Counted from the stretch's first letter, positions 26,796 to 39,913 are shown. The stretch is DNA of 64,000 nucleotides from Paraspadella gotoi (GCA_051294375.1 CM119270.1:17646025-17710024); one strand, 5' to 3'. Numbers and translations are program-made. Notes: generated by a model from the letters alone, not told the origin.

Positions 26796-26926
26796 CGGTT
26801 AACCCAAGGCCTGTTGCTGCATCGCCAGTGTTCTTCTCTTTGCCCAAAAACGTTGTATCCCATTCGTCGATTTTTGCTAATAAAGCTGCTGTTTCCAATT
26901 CGACTTTCGATCGCGTAATTGCTCAC
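26796..26926 (-). CDS. Exon 6 of putative secreted protein (VSNYAIESRIGNSSFISKNRRMGYNVFGQREEHWRCSNRPWVN)
   Basis: Acceptor atccttag|, donor CG|GTGAGA. The only stop-free frame is the phase-0 one predicted from exon 5. Confidence 0.75.
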
Positions 26927-27000
26927 CTAAGGATATTTTGCATTGTTTAAAATTTGAGAGCATGCTTGCATGTCATCGGTGAAATGTTAATGATTCGTCA

Positions 27001-27082
27001 GTTATGTTAATGATGTTAATGATGTTAATGATGTTAATGATGTTAATGATGTTAATGTTAATGATGTTAATGATGTTAATGA
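27001..27082 (+). repeat. 9-bp tandem repeat (GTTAATGAT)n in intron 5
   Basis: Directly visible, about 8 units. Confidence 0.9.
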
Positions 27083-27119
27083 TTTCTACAGTTGAGATTA
27101 GCTTTAAACTCGATCTCAC

Positions 27120-27262
27120 CTCCAAACCACGAAATCTCTCCCACGGCAGAGGATATATAATAAATTCCCGCAAAAAAAATGGGCCTTTTTCTCTTTCTTC
27201 CTCTTCGATCCAACCGTTGCGGACGAGCCATTCCAAGTCGGGAACGACCAGCTCAGTCACGC
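27120..27262 (-). CDS. Exon 5 of putative secreted protein (VTELVVPDLEWLVRNGWIEEEE...PWERFRGLE)
   Basis: Acceptor tttcaccag|, donor GAG|GTGAGA; phases 1 and 0 are consistent. Confidence 0.8.
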
Positions 27263-27639
27263 CTGGTGAAATATAGGGAAAGTATGCTCAGCAAGATCAC
27301 TGCATTTCGTAAAGCACAGATCTGAAAAAAGCCAGGACTCTCTGTGGGTGCGAAACTGCACTCCGACGTTAGCTCGCTAATCGCTGGACTCTGCCACCGG
27401 GTTTTCAAGTTCGAGAATGCAATGCAATGCAATGCAATGCTACCGACAGATATAATTCTTTAATCTATGCACCCACGTTCACAAAAGGACTTTTTAAAAA
27501 AAGACGTCAATTTGAATAAATCTTTTAAAATTTCTTAATTACTTTATCTTTTATCGTTAAAATGTAATCTGAGTTTATATAATCAAGAAAACTAATAGTC
27601 AATGGAATTTAAAAAAAACAAACTTTTTTTCGCTCTTAC

Positions 27640-27851
27640 CTTTGATGTAATCAACAGATTCGTTGCCATAGAGACTCCAATCGTAGTCGAAAGCGACGAA
27701 GGCGCCGAGATCCAGAATCCCCGGCGGCGGCGCCGGCTCGTCGGGACGGCGCCGCAGCCGCGCCGGAATCAGGACGCGTCTCCTGCGGCGTTCACGGGCG
27801 TCACACATGTGCTGCTGGAGGTTGTAGGTCAAAAGGACGGAGGGGACCCGT
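27640..27851 (-). CDS. Exon 4 of putative secreted protein (RVPSVLLTYNLQQHMCDARERRRRR...DYDWSLYGNESVDYIK)
   Basis: Acceptor ttttcccag|, donor G|GTAAGA; phases 2 and 1 agree with neighbouring exons; GC-rich island between AT-rich introns. Confidence 0.8.
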
Positions 27852-27904
27852 CTGGGAAAATAAATGAAAAATGAATATATAGAACTAATAACAAAAAATT
27901 GATA

Positions 27905-28001
27905 AATTAGTTGATAAATAAATAAAAAAAATATTTGAATAAAAATAAATAAATAAAAAAATAAATAAATAAATAAAAAAAATAAATAAATTAAAAAAAA
28001 A

Positions 28002-28043
<42 letters not shown>

Positions 28044-28068
28044 AATAATAAAGTAATTTTAAAATAAA

Positions 28069-28106
<38 letters not shown>

Positions 28107-28260
28107 AATAATAAAATAAAGTAAATAAATATACAAGTAAATAAATAAATAAAAATATAAATAAACAAATAAAAAATAAATAAATAAATAAAAATAAATG
28201 AAACTAAATAAATAAATAATAAAAATAAATAAATAAATAAATAAATATAATAAATTAAAA
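27905..28260 (+). repeat. (AAAT)n microsatellite in intron 3
   Basis: Directly visible; copy at ~32465-32820. Confidence 0.9.
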
Positions 28261-28367
28261 AATATAAATTGATAAGGTCTAAGAAGATGCCTACTCATTA
28301 GAGCGTAGTGAAAGTTACGTATGAAAATTCTAAAAGTCAAATTATAAAAGTTCATATCCCTTCTCGC

Positions 28368-29003
28368 CTGGTCTCCAACGGGCTGCAGCCTCGAGGCGGT
28401 CGACCGTCGTTGCGATACATCAACTGAAGACACGTGTGCGCGACTCTCTCGTGTCTCTTGAGTCGACTGAAGGCGACTTTGTGCATTCGGCGAATCCTCG
28501 TCTTGACGTCGCTCTTCCTTCGGCTCTCAACCGAATCGCGAAGTCGAACCAAAGATCTAGAGATGAACCTCTCCATCTCGGCAACTGTTTCGCCGCTGCC
28601 TCTGCCGCTCCCGCTGCCGCTGCCGCTCCCGCTCAGCCCGCCGCCTCCTCCGATCGGCCAGCTCACCTCCTCCATGTACCGGATGATTTTGCCGTATGTC
28701 TTCTTCGATTCCTTCATCTTGGATCGACAGTATGACGCGTACATCGTCTCCAATCTTCCGCAATATCGTTTGGCCTCGGCGATCGTGGCGTTCAGCCGAC
28801 CCTTCAACGCTTCCAGGTTGTCTCGCAACGTTCCGCCGGTTCCGGTTCCACTTCCGGTTCTTTCTCTCGTCCAAACTTCGACTGCGTCGACCAACTCGAC
28901 TTCGAATTGCATCAAAATGCGACCGACTTCCTCGACGGTCTCCATCTGCCGTTGATGCAGGTCGTCTTTGTGTTGGAAATCGAGGAGCGTGTCGTAATTG
29001 TAC
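28368..29003 (-). CDS. Exon 3 of putative secreted protein (helical/coiled-coil-like region with Gly-Ser linkers)
   Basis: Lies in ORF 28352..29116. The acceptor tccctag|G is good, 211 codons read as protein-like, and the exon ends at AG|GCGAGA (GC donor, phase 2), matching exon 4. Confidence 0.8.
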
Positions 29004-29323
29004 CTAGGGAAGAAAGTTAATTCAGATGTACGTAATACAAACTCTGTTTTGGAACAGAAACTTCGTAAAAGATATTTCAGTTGTTTTACATAACAAAGTG
29101 ACAAAAACGTTGTCAAAAAACCTTATTCAACTTTATTATGTTCTTACGAGTGCTAAGGGTAAAAGTGAGGGGTTGTGGGTCAGAGGGTCGAAGATTAAGT
29201 TTTAAGGGTTTAAGATTGTTTTCTAAAATATAAATCGTTTTACTTCTGTAACAAATACACATTCTCTTTATTAGTTATTATAATCTTATTATTAACTTTA
29301 TTAACATTAACATGTCGCTTTAC

Positions 29324-29709
29324 TCGAAGTCCAATTCGTTGGAGCCGGCTTCCTCCATCGTCCTCGGCCAACGATGCAAAATCTTGGCCAACGACGCCCT
29401 CAGCATGCAGCCCTCGTCGTCGAAACTCTTGAGCCACTCGTCGGCGGCGTCGACGGCGGCGTCTGCGGCGCTGCATTCCGTTCCACAATCGATCGTTCGG
29501 TTGAGAGTCTCCAACGCCGCTTCTCGAAGATCGAGCATCGAAACTGAGCGGGCGGCGGTGATGACCGAGGCGGTCGAGTCTCGGAGGAGAGCGGGGGAGC
29601 AGGTGGAGGTGGTTTGCCCGGCTGTGGTGGGAGTGGTGGGCGGGAGTTGAAGGGGTCGAGGAGAAGGTGGTGGGATGCAAAGGGAAAGATCGACGGGGTC
29701 ATTATTATT
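29324..29709 (-). CDS. Exon 2 of putative secreted protein (NNNDPVDLSLCIPPPSPRP...DCGTECSAADAAVDAADEWL...NELDFE)
   Basis: 386 nt of CpG-rich, stop-free frame. The donor GA|GTAAAG is phase 2 and matches exon 3. The acceptor AAG is weak, so the 5' boundary is less certain. Confidence 0.7.
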
Positions 29710-29928
29710 CTTTAATTTTATTTATTTATTGTTGATTATTGTTTAAATTTCCCCGACTTCGTGAAAGTTTTGATTTATTGACATGGAAGAAAAGTTAATA
29801 TTGAATTGGCAAATGAATGTGAACATTTTCTTACTTCTTATTTAAAGACTTAAAACGGAAAACAAAACCTTATCATTTTTTTATCAAACGGATGTCTAAT
29901 TAGAATTTTATAATTTTACTACTCATAC

Positions 29929-29986
29929 CCGCAAGGTCCAGCGCAAGCGAAGCGATAAATCCCCAGAGAAAAATCAAAATCTTCAT
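29929..29986 (-). CDS. Exon 1 of putative secreted protein (signal peptide MKILIFLWGFIASLAL...)
   Basis: The ATG (gaaATGa) is followed by Lys and a hydrophobic core, and the exon ends at donor GTATGA. This copy and the one near 34579-34635 differ by G indels; removing one G here gives phase 0, matching exon 2. Confidence 0.6.
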
Positions 29987-30029
29987 TTCAAACTCAGTCG
30001 AGATGGGGCAGAAAAAGAAGAAATAGTAT

Positions 30030-30126
<97 letters not shown>

Positions 30127-30292
30127 GAGAGAGAGGAGAGAGAGAGGAGAAGAAGAATAGAGCAGAGCAATGAAATAATTTTTCTGCTTAAAATACTATA
30201 TTTTTTTAAACAAAAAAAATCCACTTATTCTGGAAAAGAATTCGAATGTTAAGAACAAGCCTCATTCGTTTATATCGAACGATCGATTTGAA

Positions 30293-30340
<48 letters not shown>

Positions 30341-32238
30341 GTATCCGGGACATTCGATCCGACGAACTCTTTTTAAGTTGATTAAGACGTCGTCGCTGTT
30401 GTTGTTGTTGTGGGTTAATCGATCGAAGATGCCAAAAAAATAGAAGAAGATAGAGACAGAGTTTTGAACTTTGCCGGGGTTGTTAACCTTCGTGGAGAGA
30501 GAAAGGGAAATGGATAGAGAGAGACATAGTATATAAATATCTTTAAATTTAAATTAAAAACTTATGATCTGGATATACATATTCTGTTGGTTAATTGCGA
30601 GAAACAGTTGCTCCGTTGCAAGGGATGATGCATTAGTGAGCACAATTAAGGCGTCAAATGGCAATGACTTACGTTGAAAACAATGTTGATGGGGGAGACA
30701 ATTTAATGACATTGATGACGATACCAATGACAACGACGATGACGATAACAATGACATCGACGATGACGATAACAATGACAACGACGATGACGATAACGAC
30801 ATTTTAGTTTCACGTGTTTCGTCGCGAAATGAATAAAATATGCGTCGTCCGTCGCTTTAGCTTCGTTTTTCACGCCCAGACCAACGCATTCCCTTTAGGC
30901 TCTCTCTCNNNNNNNNNNNNNNNNNNNNNNNNNNNNNNNNNNNNNNNNNNNNNNNNNNNNNNNNNNNNNNNNNNNNNNNNNNNNNNNNNNNNNNNNNNNN
31001 NNNNNNNNNNNNNNNNNNNNNNNNNNNNNNNNNNNNNNNNNNNNNNNNNNNNNNNNNNNNNNNNNNNNNNNNNNNNNNNNNNNNNNNNNNNNNNNNNNNN
31101 NNNNNNNNNNNNNNNNNNNNNNNNNTCTCTCTCTCTCTCTCTGACTCTTTGTTTCAGGGTGGTTAGAAATTTTGTAAAGGCTTCAAGGACTTGCCACCAC
31201 ACGGGAAATCAATGGGAAAGAACGGACGCCACTACACATCCCCCATAAAAACTAAAAAATACAAAATAAAATAAAACTCATCTAGTACATATTCAATTAT
31301 TAACTCATTATATACATATAGGTGCTGCTGATTCTCGGACGAGTAGCGGGGTATGAATTATGAAATACTACCGCTACAGATTGAACATTTCAATCGTTTT
31401 ATTATCTGTGCATAAGATGTCGTTAAAAGTATCGATTCTGATTTTGTTCCTCTTCTTTTCTTATTATTTATTTCAATTCTTACTCGTTCCTCCAAAGTCT
31501 AACGTCTATTCTTATTACTCCTCTCCTCTTCTTTCTTTACTCACTTTTCCTCTCATTTCTTTCTATCCTTTATTTTTTCCTTTTTTTCCTTTTTATTCTC
31601 TTTCCTCACTTTCCTCTCCTTTCTTTCCTTTATTCCTCCATACTCGTTTCACTCTTCATGAAAGTTAAGCTGCGTTGAAGATATATTTTTCNNNNNNNNN
31701 NNNNNNNNNNNNNNNNNNNNNNNNNNNNNNNNNNNNNNNNNNNNNNNNNNNNNNNNNNNNNNNNNNNNNNNNNNNNNNNNNNNNNNNNNNNNNNNNNNNN
31801 NNNNNNNNNNNNNNNNNNNNNNNNNNNNNNNNNNNNNNNNNNNNNNNNNNNNNNNNNNNNNNNNNNNNNNNNNNNNNNNNNNNNNNNNNNNNNNNNNNNN
31901 NNNNNNNNNNNNNNNNNNNNNNTTATCTTAGTCGTTATGCTCAATATAAGTACATAATGTTGTTATTATTATTATTTTCTATGCATAATACTATAAGACA
32001 AGTTTTAATCTATTTGACGAAATTCTCAGTATTATTGCAAGCATCACTGACATGCAATACTTCGACTTAATGACAGACTGACAAAAGTCTCACTGCCGAA
32101 AAAAAACGGCTGGCGCTCTGTGTCTCTCTCTATCGTCGCAAAAGCGCAAGGAAAAAAAAAAGATGATTGTCGCTTTGTAATTGCTTTTTTGAAGTCTCTC
32201 TCTCTCTCTATCTTAGTTTCTTTCTTTCTTTCTTTCTT

Positions 32239-32677
32239 AGTCGAAAGCGACGAAAGGCGCCGAGATCCAGAATCCCCGGCGGCGGCGCCGGCTCGTGCGG
32301 GACGGCGCCGCAGCCGCGCCGGAATCAGGACGCGTATCCTGCGGCGTCACGGGCGTCACACATGTGCTGAATGGAGGTTGTAGGTCAAAAGGACGGAGGG
32401 GACCCGTCTGGGAAAATAAAATGAAAAATGAATATATAGAACTAATAACAAAATTGATAAATTAGTTGATAAATAAATAAAAAAAAATATTTGAATAAAA
32501 TAATAAATAAATAAAAAATAAATAAATAATAAAAATAATAAATTAAAAAATAAAAATAAAATAAATAATAAAATAAATAATAAATTAAATAATAAAATTA
32601 TAATAAAGTAATAAATAATAAATAAATAAATAATAAATAAATAAATTAATAAATAAATAAATAACAAGTAATAAATA

Positions 32678-32716
<39 letters not shown>

Positions 32717-34635
32717 AAATAAACAAATAAATAAATAAATAAAATAAATAAAATAAAATAAATAATAAATAAATAAATAAATAAATAATAATAAATAAAT
32801 AATTAATAAAATTAAAAAATAAAATATTGATAAGGTCTAAGAAGATTGCCTACTCCATTAGAGCGTAGTGAAGTTACGTTAATGAAAATTTCTAAAAGTC
32901 AAATTATAAAAGTTCATATCGTCGCTTCTCGCCTTGGTCTCCACGGGCTGCAGCCTCGAGGCGGTCGACCGTCGTTTGCGATACACAAACTGAAGGAACA
33001 CGTGTGCGCGTAGAACTCTCTCGTGGGTCTCTTGAGTCGACTGAAGGCGACTTTGTGCGATTCGGCGAAATCCTCGTCTTGACGTCCGCTCTTCCCCTTT
33101 CGGCTCTCATACGCGTAATCGCGAAAGTTCGAACCAAAAGATCTAGAATGAACCTCTCGCATCTCGGCAACTGTTTTCGCCGCTGCCTCTGCCGGCTCCC
33201 GCGCTGCCGCTGCCGCTCCCGCTCAGCCGCGCCGCCTCCTCCGATCGGCCAGCTCACCTTCCTCCATGTACCTGGGATTGATTTTGGCCGTATGTCCTTC
33301 TTCGATTCCTTCATCTTGGAATCGAACAGTACATGAACGCGTACATCGTCTCGCAATCCTTCCGCAATAACATCGTTTGGCCCTCGGCGATCGTGGCGTT
33401 CAGCCGACCCTTCAACGCTTCCAGGTTGTCTCGCAACGTTCCGCCGAGTTTCCGGTTCCAGCTTCCGGTTCTTTCTCTCGTCCAAAGCTTCCGATGCGTC
33501 GACCAACTCGACTTCGAATTGCATCAAAATGCGACCGGACTTTCCCCTCCGACGGTTCGCATCTGCCGTTTGATGCAGGTCGTCTTTGTGTTGGAAAATC
33601 GAGGGAGCGTGTCGTAATTGTACCTAAGGGAAGAAAAGTTTTAAATTCAGAATGTACGTAATACAAACTCTGTTTTGGAACAGAACTTCGTAAAAGAATA
33701 TTTCAGTTGTTTTTAATAACAAAAGTGACAAAAACGTTGTGCAAAAAACCTTATTCACTTTATTATGTTTCTGTAAGCGAGTGCTAAGGGTACATAAGTG
33801 AGGTTGTGGGTCAGAGGGTCGAAGATTAAGTTTTTAAGGGTTTAAGATTGTTTTCTAAAAATATAAATCGTTTTAGCTTCTGTAAGCAAATACACATTCT
33901 CTTATTAAGTTATTATAATCTTATTATTAACTTATTAAATTAAATGTCGCTTTAAAAAACTCGAAGTCCAATTCGTTGGAGCCGGCTTCCTCCATCGTCC
34001 TCGGCCAACGATGCAAAATCTTGCCAACGACGCCCTCAGCAATGCAGCCCTCGTCGTCGAAAAACTCTTGACACTCGTCGGCCGGCGTCGACGCGCGTCT
34101 GGCGGCGCTGCATTCCGTTTCCACAATCGATCGTTCGGTTGAGAGTCTCCAACGCGCGCTTCTCGAAAGATCGAGCATCGAAACTGAGCGGGCGGCGGTG
34201 ATGACCGAGGCGGTCGAGTCCTCCGGAGAGAGCGGGGGAGCAGTGGAGGTGGTTTTGCCACGGCTGTGGTGGGAGTGTGGCGGGAGTTGAAGAGGGTCGA
34301 GGAGAAGGTGGTGGGATGCAAAGGGAAAGATCGACGGGGTCATTTATTTATTCTTTAATTTTATTTATTTATTGTTGATTATTGTTTAAATTTCCCCGAC
34401 TTCGTGAAAGTTTGATTTATTGACATGGAAGAAAAAGTTAATATTGAATTGGCAAATGAATGTGAACATTTTTCTTACTTTCTAATTTAAAGACTTAAAA
34501 ACGGAAAACAAACCTTATCATTTTTTTTATAAAAAACGGTATGTCTAATTTAGAATTTTATAATTTTACTAACTCATACCGCAAGGTCAGCGCAAGCGAA
34601 GCGATAAATCCCAGAGAAAAATCAAAAATCTTCAT
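32239..34635 (-). pseudogene. Frameshifted second copy of exons 1-4 (exon 4 truncated) of the secreted-protein gene; probably assembly artefact
   Basis: Collinear with 27684-29986 including introns; differences are mostly single-base indels. Confidence 0.6.
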
Positions 34636-34678
34636 TTTCCACTCAGTCGCGAATGGGGCTAGAAAAAAGAATGATAGT

Positions 34679-34770
<92 letters not shown>

Positions 34771-36950
34771 GAGAGAGATGAGAGAGAGAGAGGAAGAATA
34801 GTAGCGAAGCAATGATAATTTTCTGCTTAAAATATCTACTTTTTTAAAAAAACAAAAAAAAAATCACTTATTCTTGGAAAAAGAATTTCGAATGTTAAGA
34901 ACAAGCCCTCATTCGTTTATATCGACGATCGGATTTTTGAAGCGACGACGACGACGAGACGAACGACGACGACAGAACGACGAACGATACGAGACGACCC
35001 GAGACTGACGACGACGACGACGACGAGAGTATCCGGTGACATTCGATTCCCGAACGAACTCTTCTTTTAAAGTTGAAATTAAGACGTCGTCGCTGTTGAT
35101 GTTGTTGTGGGTTAATCGATCGAAGATGCCTAAAAAAATATAGAAGAGATAGAGAAACAGAGTTTTGACTTTGCCGGGGTTGTTAAACGCGATACCTTTC
35201 GTGGAGAGAGAAAGGGAAAATGGATAGAGAGAGACAAGTATATAAATATCTTTAAAATTTAAATTAAAAAAAACTTATTGATCTGGAATAATACATATTT
35301 ATGTTGGTTAATTGCGAGAAAACAGTTGCTCCGTTGGCAAGGGATGATGGATTAGTGGAGGCACAATTTAAGGCAACGAATGGCAATGACTATAATCTAC
35401 ACGTTTGAAAACAATGTTGATGGGTGGGAGACAATTGTAAATGATCATTGATGAAACGATAACAATGCATCGACGACGATAAAAACAATGACATTACGAC
35501 GATGACGTATAACTAATGACAACGACGATGACAATAATAATGACAACGGACGAATGACGATAACAATGACAACGACGATGACGATAACAATGACAACGAC
35601 GATGACAAATAAATGACACGAGTTCATGAACAACGACGATGAACGATAACAATGACAACGACGATGACATAATTAATGGTGAGGTACATGAGGACGAATG
35701 ACGATGTTTTAGTTTCACGTGTATAGGAGTAGCCGGGAAAAAATGATTTACGTCCGTCGCTTTAGTGGAGGATTTTTATACACGCCCAGACCAACGCATT
35801 CCCTTAGGCCTCTCTCTCTTTTCTCTCTCTCTCTCTCTCATTTTCTCTCTCTCTCTCTCTCTTTTATCATCTTATCTCTCTGATTTTGTTTCAGGGTGTT
35901 AGAAATTTTGTAAAGGATTTGACTTGCCACCACAGGGGATCTGGGGGGACAACACATCCCCATAAGAACATAAAAATACAAAATAAAATAAAACTCATCT
36001 GTACATATTCAATTATTACTCATTATATACATATAGGATTAGAAAGATTCACGAGATAGCGGGTATGAATTATGAATACTACCGCTACAGATTTGACATT
36101 ATATTGATTTATTTCTGTGCTAAGATGTCCGTTAAATAGTATCGATTCAGATTTTGTTCCTCTTCTTGTTCTTTTTTTTTATAAATTCTTACTCGTTTGT
36201 TAACGTCTATCTATTTACTATCCTCTCCTCTTGTTCTTTCTTTACTCATTATATCAATATTCTTCTATCCTTATTTTTATTTTTTTTTTATTTTTTTTTT
36301 CTTTTTTTTATTCTATTATTCTTATCACTTTTCCCTATTTATATTCTCGTTTTCCTTTATTCTCCTATGACCATCCGTTTCAATTCACTCTTCATGAAAG
36401 TTAAAGACTGGCGTTGAAGATATATTTTTCAGGCTATGCCTAAACCCCTCCGCCGTCCCCCCCCCAGTCTCTAGTCGCGGTAAAACAAGGCTGGGGCCAA
36501 CTTGGGGAAACTTCAACGTAGATCAGTCGTCTGTCGATCTGTTGATCGGTTTATTCGATAATCATGAAATCATATATAACATGCATGAATACCAGAAGTT
36601 ATCTTAAGGTCGTTATGACTCAATATAAGTACAATAATGTCGTTATTATTATATATTTCTAATGCATAATACCTATAAGGACAAGTTTTAAATCTTATCT
36701 GACGTAAAGTTCTCAGTATTATGCCTTAGCATCACTGACATGCATCTTCGACTTAAATGAGCAGACTGACAAAGGGTCTCACTGCCGAAAAAAAAACGGC
36801 TGGCGCTCTGTGTCCTCCTCCTCTATCCGTCCGCAAAAGCCGCTAAGGAAAAAAAATAGATGATTGTCGCTTTGTAATTGCTTTTTTGATGTCTCTCTCT
36901 CTCTCTCTATCTAGTTTCTTTCTTTTCATCTCCTTTCTTCTTCTTTCTTC
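32239..36950 (+). repeat. Direct tandem re-copy of ~27684-32238
   Basis: Begins AGTCGAAAGCGACGAA in mid-exon and supplies sequence across the N gaps of the first copy. Confidence 0.9.
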
Positions 36951-37463
36951 TTTCTTTCTTTTTTTCTTTCTCTTTTTCTCTTCTTTCTCTTTTATTTCTT
37001 TTTTCTATTTCACTAACTCTCCTCTTTCTTCCTCTCCTCTCTCTCTCTCTCTTCGTCTCTCCACTCTCCTCTCTATCACTCTACGTCACGTCTCGTCTCT
37101 CTCCTCTCATCCTTCTCCACTCTCCTCACTCATTCCTCTTCTCATCTTCCCTTCTCTTCAATCTCTCTCCTCTCTCGGGGCTCGCTCGCTCAGTCACTCC
37201 ACTTTCCCTCATTATCACTCTCTCTCTCTCTGCTTTCCTATCTCTTTCTCCTCGCTTTCTCTCACCTCTCTTTTTGAGAGAGCGTCTCTCTCCAGACCAC
37301 AAAGACCCCACAAAACTTCTCCCTGGTGCTGTTTCTCTATTCAACGGATTGTTGAAGCCGAAGATGAAAAGATAAGTCATTGTGAGATCGTAATTGCAGC
37401 TCCTCATCTCTTTCTTCCTCTCCCGTCTCGTCTCTCTCTCTCTTCTGCTCTCATCTCTCTCTT

Positions 37464-37519
<56 letters not shown>

Positions 37520-37814
37520 TTCTCTGCTCTCTTCTCCATGCTCTCACTCTCTGTCTTTCTCTCTCCATATTCGACCGCAAAGCTGGGTCGAATAGGATAT
37601 AAGCGCATGGCAAGAAATAGACCAAGATAGTAAAGGGAAGTAAGAAATAAAGGTCGAGTTCGATTTGCGCAAAAATGGCGACGCCTCCCTTGTCGTTTCC
37701 TGCAGCCAAAAACCGATTCCACGAGTTCCTTGGTCGCGAATTCTACGTCGCTGATTGTTGGTTGACGGATGACGGAACATCGTGCGAGAGAAATGGAGAG
37801 TTTCTTGGGACGGA

Positions 37815-37868
<54 letters not shown>

Positions 37869-37875
37869 ACGAGAG

Positions 37876-37912
<37 letters not shown>

Positions 37913-38405
37913 TAGGAATGAGTTGCTTCAACCGCGATGAAAAACTCTTCGATGCAATAAAAATAAATATTATTGGGTTTTCGGTTTTTTTTAGAAATTT
38001 TTTTTCGCCCGAAATTTAAACGATTTCACTTTTAACTTTGAAGTCGGAAGTTTTTTCCATCTTGCATCACGACGATGAGAGAGACTCACTTGAAATTTTC
38101 CCTCCATTGAATTTCATTTATTTGTTGCCTATTTGGTTCGCCTCTGGCCGTCTANNNNNNNNNNNNNNNNNNNNNNNNNTTATTATTGCCACAATCGAGA
38201 TGACTCGCCTTTGCCCTTCTGTATCGCCAATGACACAGCCGAGGTGGCTCGCCTCTGCCCTTCACATATCGCCACTGCCGACCTGGCACACATTCGCCGA
38301 ATCAATTGACATCTTCACCCCACAACCCTGTGAACCAGTTCACGCGGCGTCGTATGAAATAAAACGGAATGGTGTCGTAAAGTCCGTCTGGTCAGTTTTG
38401 GATGA

Positions 38406-38445
<40 letters not shown>

Positions 38446-38486
38446 GAGAGAGACATAGCGCAACATAGGGGAAACAAGCCATTCTA

Positions 38487-39408
38487 CAGTCATGTGCAAA
38501 AAAATCGCGCCACTTCATTTCAGGCTATGAAAAATCACCCCATATACTTAAATTTTCTTAAAAATTTAAAGGAAATTAAAGTTTATTGTAAGATGATAAG
38601 TTTGGTATAAATTTTATCAAAATCAGGCCATCCATTAAGGATTAGTAATTTTTTAAAATGAAATACTTTACCCCAAAGCTGAACGGAAAAAATCTGATAG
38701 ATTTAAGACTAATTTTTTTTTTGGATATTTTGTTTTCCTTGTAGTAGATCATTGCAGAAGATCTAGAATCTCAAAATTTGAAATCAAGTGGAACCGGATA
38801 GAATCGGATCATAGACTCAGGAAAAAATTATAAAAAATGGAATAGAGTACTCTGATTAATCAAAAGCCAGATGGAACAAGCCAATAAGCGGATGGGCTTC
38901 TATCTGCCTAGAAATTTAACCCACGTCTCTGATCCACTTGCTCTATATAAATTGCATTAGTTTTTGTACTTGATTATTCTGTCTAAAAATTGAAACCAAC
39001 TTCTTGTCGATTTAAAAAAAAAATAAAAACTACATTGTTTTCATGATGAAATCCCTGTCTTCCCACTTAAATAAGATTAAAAATGAAAATAATTACACCG
39101 GGCATCCGAAGGGATAGCTGGATTGGATAACTGGATTGCTCCAGATCCCTAAATAATAATCTTAAACGTACGATGAATGACAGGTCCATGATTCTGAAGC
39201 TTCTAGATAAAAATCGATTTTACGTTTCGTTTTGCAACACTCAAGTTTAAAAAATCATATCTCATAAACCATTTGATGGATTGTAACAAATTTAAACACA
39301 TTGTTTATTTAAAAAAAAAAAAATTAAAAAAAAAAAATTTACAAATATTTTAATAGAGCGTTTGGAATTTAAAGTTATAAAGTGGCGCGTTTTTTTTATA
39401 CATGAGTG
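38487..39408. mobile_element. Non-autonomous Tc1/mariner-like element (MITE)
   Basis: TA|CAGTCATGTGCAAAAAAATCGCGCCACTT ... AAGTGGCGCGTTTTTTTTATACATGAGTG|TA: 29-bp imperfect TIRs with a TA target duplication; no transposase ORF. Confidence 0.75.
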
Positions 39409-39853
39409 TATTATCCATAATCTTTATCATCCCTTTTCACACGCTGGTGAACAAATTCTCTTCATTCACGATCACTAACTTTGTCAGTCACAGAAGCCAA
39501 TTTTCAAACGTAGTCCTGTGACTGTATCACATTTTCCTGAGAAAATAAAAACTTTTCATTGATCCGAAAACCAGATGGCAGACTCCCAATCCGCTTCTCT
39601 TCTCTCTCTCTCCTCTCTCTCATTCTCCGCTCTCTCTCTCTCTCTCCCTCTCTCATACTTCCATCTCTCTTCTCATCTCTCTCCTTCTCTCTCTATCTCT
39701 CTCTCTCTCTCTCTGTCACTTTTGTCTCTCTTGATCACTCTATCTCTATTTCTCTGTCGCTTTCGTTTGGATTCAATCAGTTTCTTGCAGTATCTGCAAA
39801 ACATTTCCTCCCGAAGGATCTGGTTTCAATGGAGATGAGAGAGCTAGAGAGCT

Positions 39854-39913
<60 letters not shown>

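Noticed and set aside
28434-28955. 173-aa plus-strand ORF
   Set aside because: Antisense shadow of GC-rich exon 3, with no splice support.
29400-29702. Pro-rich ORF MTPSIFPF... as the gene start
   Set aside because: It is an alternative frame of exon 2 that ends in a stop and does not match exon 3 phase.
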